DNA from: Amoebidium appalachense
Taxonomy: Eukaryota; Protista; Ichthyosporea
Direction of reading: 5' to 3'
Assembly: GCA_963693365.1 (NCBI GenBank)
Contig: CAVNZM010000004.1
Location: 62,001 to 126,000 of the forward strand
DNA: 64,000 bases
In this document: one piece after another, positions 49,997 through 61,520 of the stretch
Layout of the letters: every line of letters begins with the position of its first letter
Numbering within the stretch: position 1 is the stretch's first letter
Translations under genes and position numbers: made by a program
The notes under the pieces: generated by a model
The model's input: only the letters and a program-made list of their open reading frames with translations
Databases searched by the model: none
Told to the model about the DNA's origin: nothing

Positions 49997-50393
49997 TCTA
50001 CGCGCACACCCACACACACAGCTAGAACATAGGGGTTAGGAGCTAGGACACACGAGTACAGGGAAACGGAGCTCGGGAGAACGGGCCCATAGGGCTGAGT
50101 ACAAAATTTCGCAGGCCAAACTACGGCGCCCGCGCGCGTCAAGAATAAATGTCCCTACACAAAGACGTTTATTCTGGCCACTGCACATAATTTTACTCCC
50201 CCCCCCCCATCCCACGAGCCTCCCCCCCCCCTTACACTCACCTAGCACTCCCTCCCCCCCCCCCTTCTTCTACCTCTGTGTCCGCCCACACCCCCGCGTG
50301 CTCGGGCACATTCCCCTGCACAGGGCCCCGCTGCCCTCCCTGCCAACCTTCACTCGGGCCCAGCTGCCCTACCCTAACCCCCCCGGGGCCCTG

Positions 50394-50456
<63 letters not shown>

Positions 50457-52139
50457 CTGCCGGGATCTCCCCGAGGGTGCCCCACCCTTGCTAACCACCC
50501 CTTCCCCCGAGGCTCAGACCCGGAGGCCCGCCCGCTGCCCCAGCACCGCATTGACACCTCCCGCCTCCGGGAACTGCTGGCCTCCTACCCAGACCAATCA
50601 TTCGCCGCACAACTCCTCCACGATGTCGAATTCGGTGTCGACATCGGCTATCGCGGGCCCTCCACCTCTCGGGTGGGCCCCAACCTACCCACCACCCCGG
50701 AGGCAGCTTCCGCTATCACGGCGGATATTGCCAAAGAAGTCGCCCTCGGCCACCTGCGCGGCCCCCTCTCCCCGGCCCAATTCTTTGACGAATTTCCGGT
50801 CCACCGTTCCTCCCCCATCGGCGCCGTTACCAAGAAAGGGAACCCCCCCAAGTACCGTCGAATCCACCACCTCTCCTGGCCCCGGGGTAGCAGTGTCAAT
50901 GACAGCATCACCTACCCCGACGAACTTCAGTACATTCGCGCCCGGGACGTCACCCAGCTCATTCTCGACGCAGGCCCCGGCTGCTACATGGCCGTGGCAG
51001 ATGTGCAGGCTGCCTTCCGGCACATGCCCATCCGACCAGAAGACCATCACTTAATGGCATTCAAATGGTTGGGGCATTTTTACGTTGAAACCAGACTGCC
51101 CTTCGGCCTGAAATCTAGCCCAGCCATCTGGGAACGGATCGCGGCCACCCTACAGTGGCTGGCACACCAGCACGGTATTACCCTCATCCGCCACTACGTA
51201 GACGACTGGATTATAGTCGCCCCCACACAAGAGCAGTGCCAACGTCACCTATCCACCTTCCTGCAACTCTGCCGAGAGCTGCACATTGCCATCTCCGAAG
51301 ACAAGATGCAGGGCCCGGCTACCCGTGTCGTCTTCATCGGTATCGAATTCGACTCCATCACCATGGAGGCACGAATCCCGGCTTCCAAGCTCTCGGACCT
51401 ACTCGACCTCACTTCCCACCCAAAGCCCACCATCACCATTCGGGACCTCCAGTCCCTCCTCGGCAAACTCACCTGGTGTGCCCAGCTGGTTCCCCCCGGG
51501 AGGGCCTTCTCCCAGCGCCTATGGGCCCTTCTCCGGACCCACCCACACCTTGCCGGCCACCACCACATACGACTGACTGCTGCCGCCCGGGCCGACATAG
51601 CCGAATGGCACCAGTTCCTCACATCATGGAATGGGGTGCACCTCATCACACCCCCCACATACACCACCCTGGCCACCGATGCTGCCGGATCGGTGGGTCT
51701 AGGAGGCCACTGGCTCGACCAATGGTTCTTCATGCCCTGGTCCCCCTCCACCCAAGCCCTCTATGCTCATGAGGGTAAACTCAGTTCTTCCGTCATTGAA
51801 CTCCTGGCCATCGCAGCCGCCGTGGCCCTCTGGGCCCCCTCCTGGTCCACCCACCATGTCCGTATTTTATGCGACAACACGGGTGCTGTGTCTGACCTAC
51901 ACTAACGGTCTTCCCCCCACCCCGTGATGGCCAAACTTATTCGGTTCATCACCCGCATGGAAATGCAATACCAATTTACGTTACAGGCATCCTACCTACC
52001 AGGACCCCTCAACCATCTGGCCGATGCCATTTCTCGTAACCAACTTCCCCGGGCCCGACGACTCCGACCTTCCCTGCAACCGGAGCCCTGCCCCTTCCCC
52101 TCCTGGGTCCACGAGTTCCTATCCCTTCCCTTGGGCTAA
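49989..52139 (+). CDS. Ngaro ORF2 RT/RNase H (in-frame TAG at 50037, frameshift near 51903)
   Basis: KYRRIHHLSWP, DVQAAFR, LPFGLKSSP, HYVDDW; TDAA, ELLA, CDN, ADAISR. Confidence 0.9.
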
Positions 52140-52189
52140 CCCCCCCCCCCCCCCCCCCAGATCTCCCGTTCCGGAGCAACGCTGGCAGA

Positions 52190-53221
52190 TTGGCCCCCCA
52201 CTTTGCTCTGGCCGAGCTGCTTCGAGCCACCACTACCCTGCAGGAATGCCAGGCCCTGAGTCTCAACCTCGACTCTCGGGCCTTTTACTCCCGGGTGCAG
52301 AAAGTGTTCATCGATTTCTGTGTGGCATCTCGGCTGCAATCCCCCTCCGGGTCCTCCCTCCCGGCCTCCCCACACACCGTGCAACTTTTTCTCGCCTGGT
52401 GTGCCCAACGAGGGGTACAGGCCTCTTCCTTAACCGGCTACAATTCGGCCATCACCAGGCTCCACCTCGACATGGGCCTCCCTGCTCCCTACCCCCACGA
52501 CAAGTCTCTGGCCTGGTTCCTACGGGGGGTGGGCAGATGGCAGCTTTCTCACAACATCCGACCCCGCTCATCAACCAGGGAACCCCTCCTGCCCTCCCAC
52601 CTCAGCCTACTTCATGGCCAGTGCCCCACAAAGGCCTCCTCGGCCAATCTCCGGCTATGGACAGCCCTCATCGTCGGTTTCTGTGGTCTCCTCCGTTCAG
52701 GGGAATTTACCTCCAAGACCCTGACTTCTTTCAACCCGTCCCGTCACGTTAAACGGAAAGACGTGACCTTCACCTACACCCCCACCGGTACTTTGTCCCA
52801 TGCCACCCTCCACCTGCCAACCTCTAAGACGGATGTACAGGCCCGAGATGTCAACGTCACTCTAGCTGCCCTGCCCCTCACCCATTTCTCCCCAGCCCAT
52901 CTCCTCCGGCAGTTCCTGCATACAACGTCCGGTCAACCCGACGACCCCCTGTTCAGTCTCGGTGGCATCCCCTACACCAAGAGTGCTTTCTCTGCCGACT
53001 TCCGTGCCCTCCTCTCCCGGGCAGGCCTCTCACCCTCCCGGTTTGCCGGACACAGCCTCCGCATCGGGGGGGCCATAGCACTGGCTGAGGCCGGGGTCGA
53101 CGACTCCCGGATCAAACAACTCGGCAGGTGGTCCTCCGACTGTTTCCTGATCTATACACGACTTCGTCCGGCCTCCATTGCTGCCACTACCACACGTGTA
53201 TTCGCCTCTATTCTTAAGTGA
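52190..53221 (+). CDS. Ngaro ORF3 tyrosine recombinase
   Basis: LLRSGE, SKTD, HSLRIGGA, LGRWSSDCFLIY (catalytic R-K-H-R-W-Y set). Confidence 0.95.
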   Translation: MAPHFALAELLRATTTLQECQALSLNLDSRAFYSRVQKVFIDFCVASRLQSPSGSSLPASPHTVQLFLAWCAQRGVQASSLTGYNSAITRLHLDMGLPAPYPHDKSLAWFLRGVGRWQLSHNIRPRSSTREPLLPSHLSLLHGQCPTKASSANLRLWTALIVGFCGLLRSGEFTSKTLTSFNPSRHVKRKDVTFTYTPTGTLSHATLHLPTSKTDVQARDVNVTLAALPLTHFSPAHLLRQFLHTTSGQPDDPLFSLGGIPYTKSAFSADFRALLSRAGLSPSRFAGHSLRIGGAIALAEAGVDDSRIKQLGRWSSDCFLIYTRLRPASIAATTTRVFASILK

Positions 53222-53894
53222 AACCTTTGGAGCAAGCATGCTGCTCTCGTGCCGTGGTTTACAACCATTGCAGGTTCACTTTCGTCCAAGGGGATGTCCC
53301 CCTAGAGGCAACACACGTCCCGGAGTAGTTTTCATAGAGGTTTTATTTGTGGAAATTATTGACATAAATATTTTTCTGGGTAAACACGTAGGATGGGTGT
53401 CCGATATCAACAGGCTTTGTTTCATGTTTTAGCAGTTCGCGTTCGGCTGCCCGCATACGGGCACCTATTAGCCGATCAAAACATCAGATTCCACAGATCA
53501 CTAGACCGAGTCTGATTGGCTCAGGATAAGATTTCACATAACACTAGATCGGTTTTGATTGGCTCAGTTCGGTAGCCGTAGGTATATAAGCACGACAGTT
53601 TTTAGCAGATCAGCAGGCAACAACACATCTTCTGTGTTTAGCACCTACAGCTTTACAGCTATATTTTCTTTTCACCCACCCACCTACACCCTACACTCAA
53701 CCCCCATTGATCCCCACATACGTGCTGTTTTTTCACGGGGCGAAGACTTCCCCCGTTTTTTGGGCACAAGGACCTCACGGATCAATAAATTGATGACTGG
53801 GGGCCTGCCGTGGTTTACAACCATTGCAGGTTCACTTTCGTCCAAGGGGATGTCCCCCTAGAGGCAACACACGTCCCGGAGTAGTTTTCATAGA

Positions 53895-54722
53895 CTAAAC
53901 AGAGACTTAACTAACAATCTTGCTATGTTCACTCAAGATTATATACAGACATGGGACTTATATGTGCCTTACTTTTTACTTGCGTGCAGAACTACCGTTT
54001 GTGCTTCCACAGGCTATACACCAGCAGAGCTTATGTATGGTCGCGCACTAAAATCACCTTATGACAACCTAATTAACCGCCCAAACGAAATACCATACTC
54101 ACCAAAAGAGTACTATCAACAACTCCTAGAAAAACTACGCTTTGCACACGCTAGAGCATCAGACATCTCAAGATTCGAAAGACAGAAACAAGCAGCCAAA
54201 AGAAGCGAAAGAGCAAAAGCAAAGTATTGGGATGACGGTGACAAAGTATGGTTGTACACACCTAGAAAGAAGAACGGTATTTCACGCAAACTTCTACATA
54301 TGTGGCACGGACCCTTCACTATTGTAAAGCACGTAACTAACTCTACTTATGAATTAGCCAACACCAAAGGCAGAAAACTAAAAGCACCCGTCCATGTCTC
54401 TCGCCTTAAACCTTATCACAACCCAAATGCACGACCAACTGACCGTATACCTATGCCTCACACTGATATTCCACTTACCGACACAGAGTTGGCTTCTCCA
54501 CGTGACGCCACACCCGTGTCCGTCACAGGGCAAGTAGCATCTAAGAATGGCCGCTATTGGAGAATACTATGGTCTGACGGAAAAGAAAACTGGGAGCTTG
54601 AGCACAATTTAGGAACTGCATTCCCTGCTGTAGGTAAGCTTATCACTGACAAAAACATGGTACCCATTCCTTCGTTCGGTTATGCCTACAACAACAACGC
54701 CACACGTTCTGAGCTCTCTTAG
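53895..54722 (+). CDS. Gypsy integrase C-terminal part (GPF motif, chromo-like tail)
   Basis: LNRDL...STGYTPAELMYGR, WHGPF, VHVSRLKPY, YWRILWSDGKENWELEHNL. Confidence 0.9.
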   Translation, partial: LNRDLTNNLAMFTQDYIQTWDLYVPYFLLACRTTVCASTGYTPAELMYGRALKSPYDNLINRPNEIPYSPKEYYQQLLEKLRFAHARASDISRFERQKQAAKRSERAKAKYWDDGDKVWLYTPRKKNGISRKLLHMWHGPFTIVKHVTNSTYELANTKGRKLKAPVHVSRLKPYHNPNARPTDRIPMPHTDIPLTDTELASPRDATPVSVTGQVASKNGRYWRILWSDGKENWELEHNLGTAFPAVGKLITDKNMVPIPSFGYAYNNNATRSELS

Positions 54723-55004
54723 CTCACCGCGCAGAAAGTCACCCAAAACGTACATACCTAAGATAAATTATTGCCGTTCGATTGCCTCATAGCGCATCAA
54801 GAATTTTTCCCTTAGTGTCATTTTCACCAATCACACCGTTTTGCCAAGTGAAACCCAATTGGAATTCAATACACTCGCACCAATGCAATAAACCCTAGTA
54901 AATGGCCCAATCAATTACCACCTTATTATAAAACTCGCCATTGGGTACCTAACTACCAATCATAATTCTTAAATATGCCGAGACGGCATACCTTAGCCCG
55001 GGGT

Positions 55005-55985
55005 CGCAAAGTCGTTAATATTTATTATATTCTAATTGGTTCTAAATCACGAAAGCTTATGACTCTATATTGGAGAACTTTTCATCATACGAGAGCATGC
55101 GAGCAATGAGAAAGCGAGCCAAGAAACAACCACAAAATGTATTTAAAAATACGCCAATTATAATAGAGCCAAGAGCCAAGAGCATCCTATAACAGAGCCA
55201 AGAGATTGCAAAGGGTAATTACCCAGGAAATACAAGCGTCAGGTGTGAACATGAAAAACATCGCCAAAGTATCAGTCTGTTCTGTGGAATTCATATTTAT
55301 TGATATTCATTATTATCATTGGCTGGACAGTGAGCCACTGGCTCACTAGTTACGTAACCATCAGATCCCTAGTGGGAAATTAGAGTGTGTATAGAGTGTG
55401 TCAAATCGAAGTCTTAAAATATTATACTGACATTTGAGTGATAAATAGTGTTGCAAATAAGCTATAAATATATTCACTGAGATATTATTAGGTACAGTTG
55501 TACATATGAATTGTATTGTATGAGACCATGTCTGAATGCACAGTGAGCCGCGAACTACCGGGGTTCGTAATCTTAGATGACTGGCGATTCTACTTTTGAT
55601 AGGTTAATCTTTGCTCGGCGAAATTCATAATCAGCGAGTAGTATACAATTAGTAATCGTGTAGTCATCGGGATTTTCTTAGAAACTTCTTATAGGACTTT
55701 CGGGAACCTTCCAGCTAGTATATAAACCGCGTTTAGTTTCAGTCTTAGACAGGTAGACCAACCGATTCCTCGATGTAGTTACAACCCTTGCGCTTAGTTA
55801 GATCGGTAATTTCCTCTCGATACGTCTCCAGTCGTCTACGTTGTAGGTGGTGCATCGGCATTTCGTCTCATATCAACCCTCTACATTCCTGTGTATGGCC
55901 AGGCTGCCTACAGAAATAAACAGCATTGACAAACTAAAACTAACTTATGCGTAATCTACTGGCTGCTTTACTGCCGTCCTTTTCG
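55005..55985 (+). repeat. Gypsy 3' LTR (981 bp)
   Basis: Direct repeat of 40819-41800. Confidence 0.95.
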
Positions 55986-55989
55986 GTGT

Positions 55990-56081
55990 CCACCAAAGAC
56001 AACGTGGCCGACATCTTCACCAAGCCCCTGCCCGGGCCCTCCCACGAGCAGCACCGTGCTTCACTCAGTCTTCGTGACTGA
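55990..56081 (+). pseudogene. Copia RNase H C-terminus
   Basis: STKDNVADIFTKPLPGPSHEQHRASLSLRD*. Confidence 0.92.
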
Positions 56082-56082
56082 G

Positions 56083-56122
<40 letters not shown>

Positions 56123-56804
56123 TCATCTACAGTGGTCTTCAAGTAGGTTGGGGCCCTGGCCAGTGGTCTACACATCACCGTGTAGAGACACCTCCCAACG
56201 AAAGTCTACTGCTGTCTTCATCGATCTTCCGTGTGTGTGCATCTTCAGTGGGGACTTCTTCTCCACCATCCGTCGTTTATTTATATACCACCATATATAT
56301 TGGCTTTCTTTTATATTCGACTTATGTATATGTCGAACTGGGATGGCGTCCCAGTATAAATAATTATCTATAGCCATGGCGTGCTGGTTGACTGCCAGTC
56401 TAAACCTAGTCCTCGGGATGCTCATTCCCCGTGTCTTAACTGGTTGACCACCAGTCTATAAATCAGTCCACAAGATGTTCAAGCCTTGTGTTTATCTGGG
56501 TGGTCCCCAGTATAAATCATTAGCCACCAACACGTCACACATACACTAGTTGTTTTCTTCTATATATATTTATATATCGTCGTTGGCTACCGTCATGTTC
56601 CGAGTCTTCAGAGGCAACCGTCGTTGTGTGCTTCTTCCGTTAATTTGGTTTTCTTCCCCGGCTTGCCCCTTCAAGTCTTCTCCATTGTCTTCTCGAGTGG
56701 GGAAACTTGACTGTGACTTCACGGCACCTGCTTCTACAAGTGTGAGAGTATTGACATCAACAGTCACATCAACAAACTTCACGAGAACCCAACTTCCAAC
56801 CCTT

Positions 56805-57571
56805 GAGTGGGGATGTCATCTTCCCATGATTCACGGCAAGACTTAGAAGTTGAGTTTTATATATGTTTATTGGTTTGTTGTAGTTTGTTTCCTTTTTCCT
56901 TTTTCCGTTTTCCTTTCTTCCTTTCTCTCTTTCCTTTCTGTTTCCGTGTACACCGATATCTTAAATCTGTGTACATATCGAGATATTTAGCTCGCGCACA
57001 CGTATTGTCGTTTGTGTCAATATCTAAATATGTCGTCCAATCAGATCTCGTTGTATTTCCCAAATATAGTAACTTACATTCCTTTCCCATTCCTTTTTTC
57101 ACGACGTAGCCTTGTGCTATGTTCTCCAACTATTAGGAATAATTATATTTAGACGTGTTATGTTAAGAACCGTTATAAATGTATGATGTGAACTAATAGT
57201 TACATAAGTGCCACGTTTCATTTTGTTAAATGTTTCCGTAGTTATATTAGACGATTTCTTTTATTAGAGGATTGCATTTTATCTTCTATGTGTCGACAGA
57301 CATTTCGATCGATATATTTTACACTCATAGTTTTCGTCTTTCTGATTGGAAAATAGAGTTTTCGTTCTTTTGATTGGTTTATCGATTTCACATTCCCAAG
57401 TATAAAAGGGACTTCATCTTGGAATAAATATCAAGCAGTCGTATTCGTTTCCTATGGTTCCAGTAATCGTTCCACCTCTCCGGTTGTGTTTCTCCCGTGT
57501 GTCTCTGTGTTGTGTATAACATAACACCCATCTGTGCTCTCTGCTTCTCCGTTTACCCACACAAAACAACA
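56805..57571 (+). repeat. Copia polypurine tract (GAGTGGGGA, 56805-56813) and 3' LTR (56814-57571)
   Basis: Direct repeat of 17802-18552, followed by TSD CTCCC. Confidence 0.95.
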
Positions 57572-58563
57572 CTCCCCCCCATCCCTCCTCCTCCCCTTCC
57601 CCCTCCCTCCCTCTCAGTTTCTCTCTCCCTCCATATCTCGCCCCTACCCCCCAGCATACATATCCCCGGTAACACCTTGTCTTAAAGTCTGCACACAAAG
57701 ATTTCTAATCGAATGGTCTTCAATGGCTGCTCCTTGCTTGGCCTTCCAGTCAACCCCCACTCCGGGGGCCCCCCTTCCCCCCTCACCATTCTCTCCTTCC
57801 CCACACACGTACACAATCACAAGTGTGATTTCAATAGCTGAATAAGACGCCGAACAAATGAAGGGGTCCGCCACATGACACCTCAACATCCACTCACTAG
57901 CGCACAAATTTAAATCTCGCGCTGTGCCCCAGTTTGTTCACACAGCATACTATACCGGTGCACACAAAACACAAAACGCATGACTGTGTGCAAGGCCTTT
58001 GGCTTCAGGCACTTAGACTTTCAGGGGGTACATTACACTCAAGCCAGGACACATGCATGTGCATGTCGATCATGCGGCACTCCAATTGCACATGCACACA
58101 TGTCCACACGCACATTCGCACACACACATGCGCGGAACTCAGCACACATGTAAACACACGCGCGCGCGCACACAGTCACGCAGTGCCACAAACCACTAAT
58201 GCACGCTGGGCATCATGGAGTTATGAGCCACGCCATGCACATCACATCGGCTTGTACTTGCATACACTATCTCTTTAGTACATGTACACTGCTCTTTAAT
58301 GATTCCTCCTCGTCCAGTCTTGCCCAACATCACGTCCTACGAATATCCACCCAACTCCTAAGAATCACACCCGATTCGTATCAAACACAAAATGGTCACA
58401 AGCCGATTTTCTAACTTACACTGAAGAGGGAAAAGCAGTGTTTCTTTGTGAATCCGAAGGTTGCTTGCTATTTGTGAGAAAAGGAAAGATCTTTGGATTG
58501 TATCTTGTGCTACCATGTAATACCATCGATAGGCCTACATTGAACTTGTCATCCTAACGACTG

Positions 58564-59083
58564 CTAACCCTTCATGATCCCCAACCTCCTCCACCCATCC
58601 CTCCCCGACCGCCACCCCCTCCCTCCTCCCCAACCACCCATCCCTCCCCAACCACCGCCCCTGCCTCCCCAACCACCGCCCCTGCCTCCCCAACCACCGC
58701 CCCTGCCTCCCCACCAACCACCGCCCCTGCCTCCCCACCCACCACCACCCATCCCTCCCCAACCACCCATCCCTCCCCAACCACCGCCCCTGCCTCCCCA
58801 CCCACCACCACCCATCCCTCCCCACCCTCCCCCACGTCCCCCCATTCCACCCCCACTTCCTCCCCATCCACCTCCGCGTCCCCCCCCCCTCCTCCACCTC
58901 TCGGGCCTCCACCGGATTCGCCCTGACGCCTTGCAAGTTGGTGATAGCCAATCTCGCTCTGGGAGGGGAGGGTCTGTGTAAGTGAACGTGCGGTGGGTGT
59001 AATGGATGGACAGCGGTCACATGGTTTCTCACCATAGGCTATAGTAGGCTCTTCAAATGTTTTTTCGATGTGTTCTTTTTTTT

Positions 59084-59126
<43 letters not shown>

Positions 59127-59420
59127 AACACAAAGCTCGAGTAAGCCTTGCATACTGTGCACCAACCGAGGGCAATGAAATTTACTTACAAACTCAAAGA
59201 CTTCCAAAATCTTTTAATATGTGCCAGATGGGAAATAAAGAAATTTACTTGCACCCAAATTGAAGTGGCACTGTTTGATCTTGGGGAAAAAAACTCCACA
59301 TTAATATGTAATAGCCACTAGTGGCAGGCAGTAAACGGGCGACAGGACCGTCATGATGCACATGCAGCAGTGAAGTGAGTTGGATGCATACAGACTTGAA
59401 ACAAAAGCATGTGTGTGCAT

Positions 59421-59451
<31 letters not shown>

Positions 59452-59755
59452 GAGCTCCTCCTCCCCTCCCCGGCCCCTCCCCCCACCGTGACCTACCTCG
59501 AGCAACATCACCCACACACACACACGCGTGCACACACACACATACAACTTGAACACACCCACTCACCATGTCCACGCCCTCTCCCTCTGCGTCTCTTGCA
59601 GCCAGCACGTGCGCGTCGTCCAGCGCCCACGTGTCGTCACTGTACGTGTGGTCACGTGCCGCCACCTCGTGCCCCGCATCGGCCATGGGCACGGCCACCC
59701 CAACGGCCAGCGCCGCCAGCGCAAGGCCCAGCGCAATGCACAGCAGAAGACGCAT
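58564..59755 (-). CDS. Secreted prepro Gly/Trp/Arg-rich peptide; exons 59755-59567 and 58958-58564 (1-nt homopolymer discrepancy near 58885)
   Basis: Signal peptide MRLLLCIALGLALAALAVG; donor GTGAGT; acceptor CAG; exon 2 reads SEIGYHQLARR-QGESGGGPRGGG...([13 protein letters not shown])n. Confidence 0.72.
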
Positions 59756-59878
59756 GGTTGTAGGTGATGGGTTGGAGAAGAAGGGAAGGTGTTGTGGTGG
59801 CTGTCTGGGTTGAACTGTGTGCGGCCGTGTTTGCCGATGCACTTCAGGCTGGTTGTGTTTCTGTTGGTCCGGGCCATC

Positions 59879-59887
59879 TTTTTATAC
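59879..59887 (-). promoter_or_regulatory. TATA box (TATAAAAA) ~125 bp upstream of the secreted-peptide ATG
   Basis: The minus strand reads CGTATAAAAAG. Confidence 0.55.
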
Positions 59888-61148
59888 GCTTGGCTGTGAC
59901 AGGTGGGCCCACGGCCAGATCACCTGGCAGGCCCCATCTATAATTAGACCGTGCACAGCATTGCACGTGTACTGCCCCAGGGCCATCTTTGGCCATCTAC
60001 AGTACCTGTTCCATGCTGATTGGGTGGTGCCTGAATTGGCAAATGGAGCCAGTAGACCACGTGAATATGCCGGCCAATAGAAGGCTTCCGGGTGTCATGC
60101 CACCATGCCCACTGATAAGGCCCTCACGTGTCGTTAGATCATCAACACTAAACACGGGACATGCATCGGTCACAACTTCAGGCTATCGAATTCCACGTGT
60201 TTAATACACACACACACACACGCACACACACACACGTACACATACACACGGTGACGGCACGTGTTGTTCTTTAGACAAGATAATGTTATAGCAAAGACAA
60301 AACTTAACGAACCCTTCACCCGGAAAGATTTCCACAACCTCCTTATAAATATTCGGTATCTTCTGTAAACATGGTTGTGTATATTGTCGGACAGACTACG
60401 GGAGTCGCGCCCTGTAGTTAGTCGCGCTTACTGACCAATCAAAATGGTTGGTCGGGAAGCAGCGGCGTTGTCCCACAATCGCACGGCGAACTCGGCAGTA
60501 TCAGCCAGATCCAATCAGTTGGGAACATGCCTGGACTCGAATCGATGAGTGCCGAGGATAAGATCCCATCTCAAGATTGATCAGATCCCATATTGCACAA
60601 TCAGCCTTTGTTTACATTCCAGGTGAGCCTATAGTTCTAGGATGAACTACAGGAAAAAAGAAAAAAATGTGTATTCCTGGTTTCTTTTCTAATCAGTTCT
60701 TTTTCTTTTTTTTTTTTTGGCAGACATTTTCTGGCCCTCTCTTTTAGCATTTAGTAAGTATGTAATATTTCTGGCCCTCTCTTTTAGCATTTAGTAAGTA
60801 TGTAATATGTTTCAAATGATAATTGCCGTGGTTGTTCCTTCTCATTTTAATACTGTACTGGTTGTAATACTGGTTGCACAACAAACGTGTACAAATGTTC
60901 TCCTGAATCAACTCTATGTTTCAACTCAAATATTAATAGAAGTAATACAATACCCCTCCCCCGATCCCCCCCCCCCCCCTGTCTCCCCCTCCCCCCCCCC
61001 TCCCCCCCCCCCCCCCCCCCCCCCCCCGCCATATGCCCCCCCCCCCCCCGGGCCCCCTGCCCCATCCCAGCCTCACACATAAACACACACGCACACACAC
61101 ACACGCGCACACGCACGCACACACACACACACACGCACGCACACACGT

Positions 61149-61198
<50 letters not shown>

Positions 61199-61484
61199 TG
61201 ACACAGAGCGGCGCTGTCCTGGGCACACACCCGCTCACTAAAATATGTTCATTGCCTGTGCATTGGTTGAACATGCACAGGACACGGCCGATAGCGTGCA
61301 GCGGACACGTGCACATGTAGTGTCTCCATGCAGAATTAGAAGGCAGCAGCTCGGACTGACCATACAAGGTGGCAGGGTATAATTATGGTGCGCATGTGGG
61401 AGTCGGGTGCATATGTGTACGTTGGCGCCTCTGACCCAGGAGAAGCATATTACTATCTTGAGGATGAATCGAGGAAAAACGGAT

Positions 61485-61515
<31 letters not shown>

Positions 61516-61520
61516 AACCT

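Larger units (their letters stand above)
48461..53894 (+). mobile_element. Ngaro-type DIRS-order tyrosine-recombinase retrotransposon
   Basis: Split direct repeats A1 (48461-48797), B1 (53250-53338), A2 (53339-53675), B2 (53806-53894); gag, RT/RH and YR ORFs; no TSD. Confidence 0.95.
40819..55985 (+). mobile_element. Ty3/gypsy LTR retrotransposon with chromo-like integrase tail, inserted in copia RNase H
   Basis: LTRs 40819-41800 and 55005-55985 (~3 differences); TSD GTGT (or GTGTC); PBS TGGTAGCAGAG; gag-PR-RT-RH-IN order; removal restores copia TYVSTKDNVADIFTKPL. Confidence 0.96.
17802..57571 (+). mobile_element. Ty1/copia LTR retrotransposon (half-tRNA primer type), fragmented by nested insertions
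   Basis: TG...CA LTRs at 17802-18552 and 56814-57571; 5-bp TSD CTCCC (17797-17801 and 57572-57576); PBS and PPT present; gag-PR-IN-RT-RH order recovered after removing the inserts. Confidence 0.96.
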
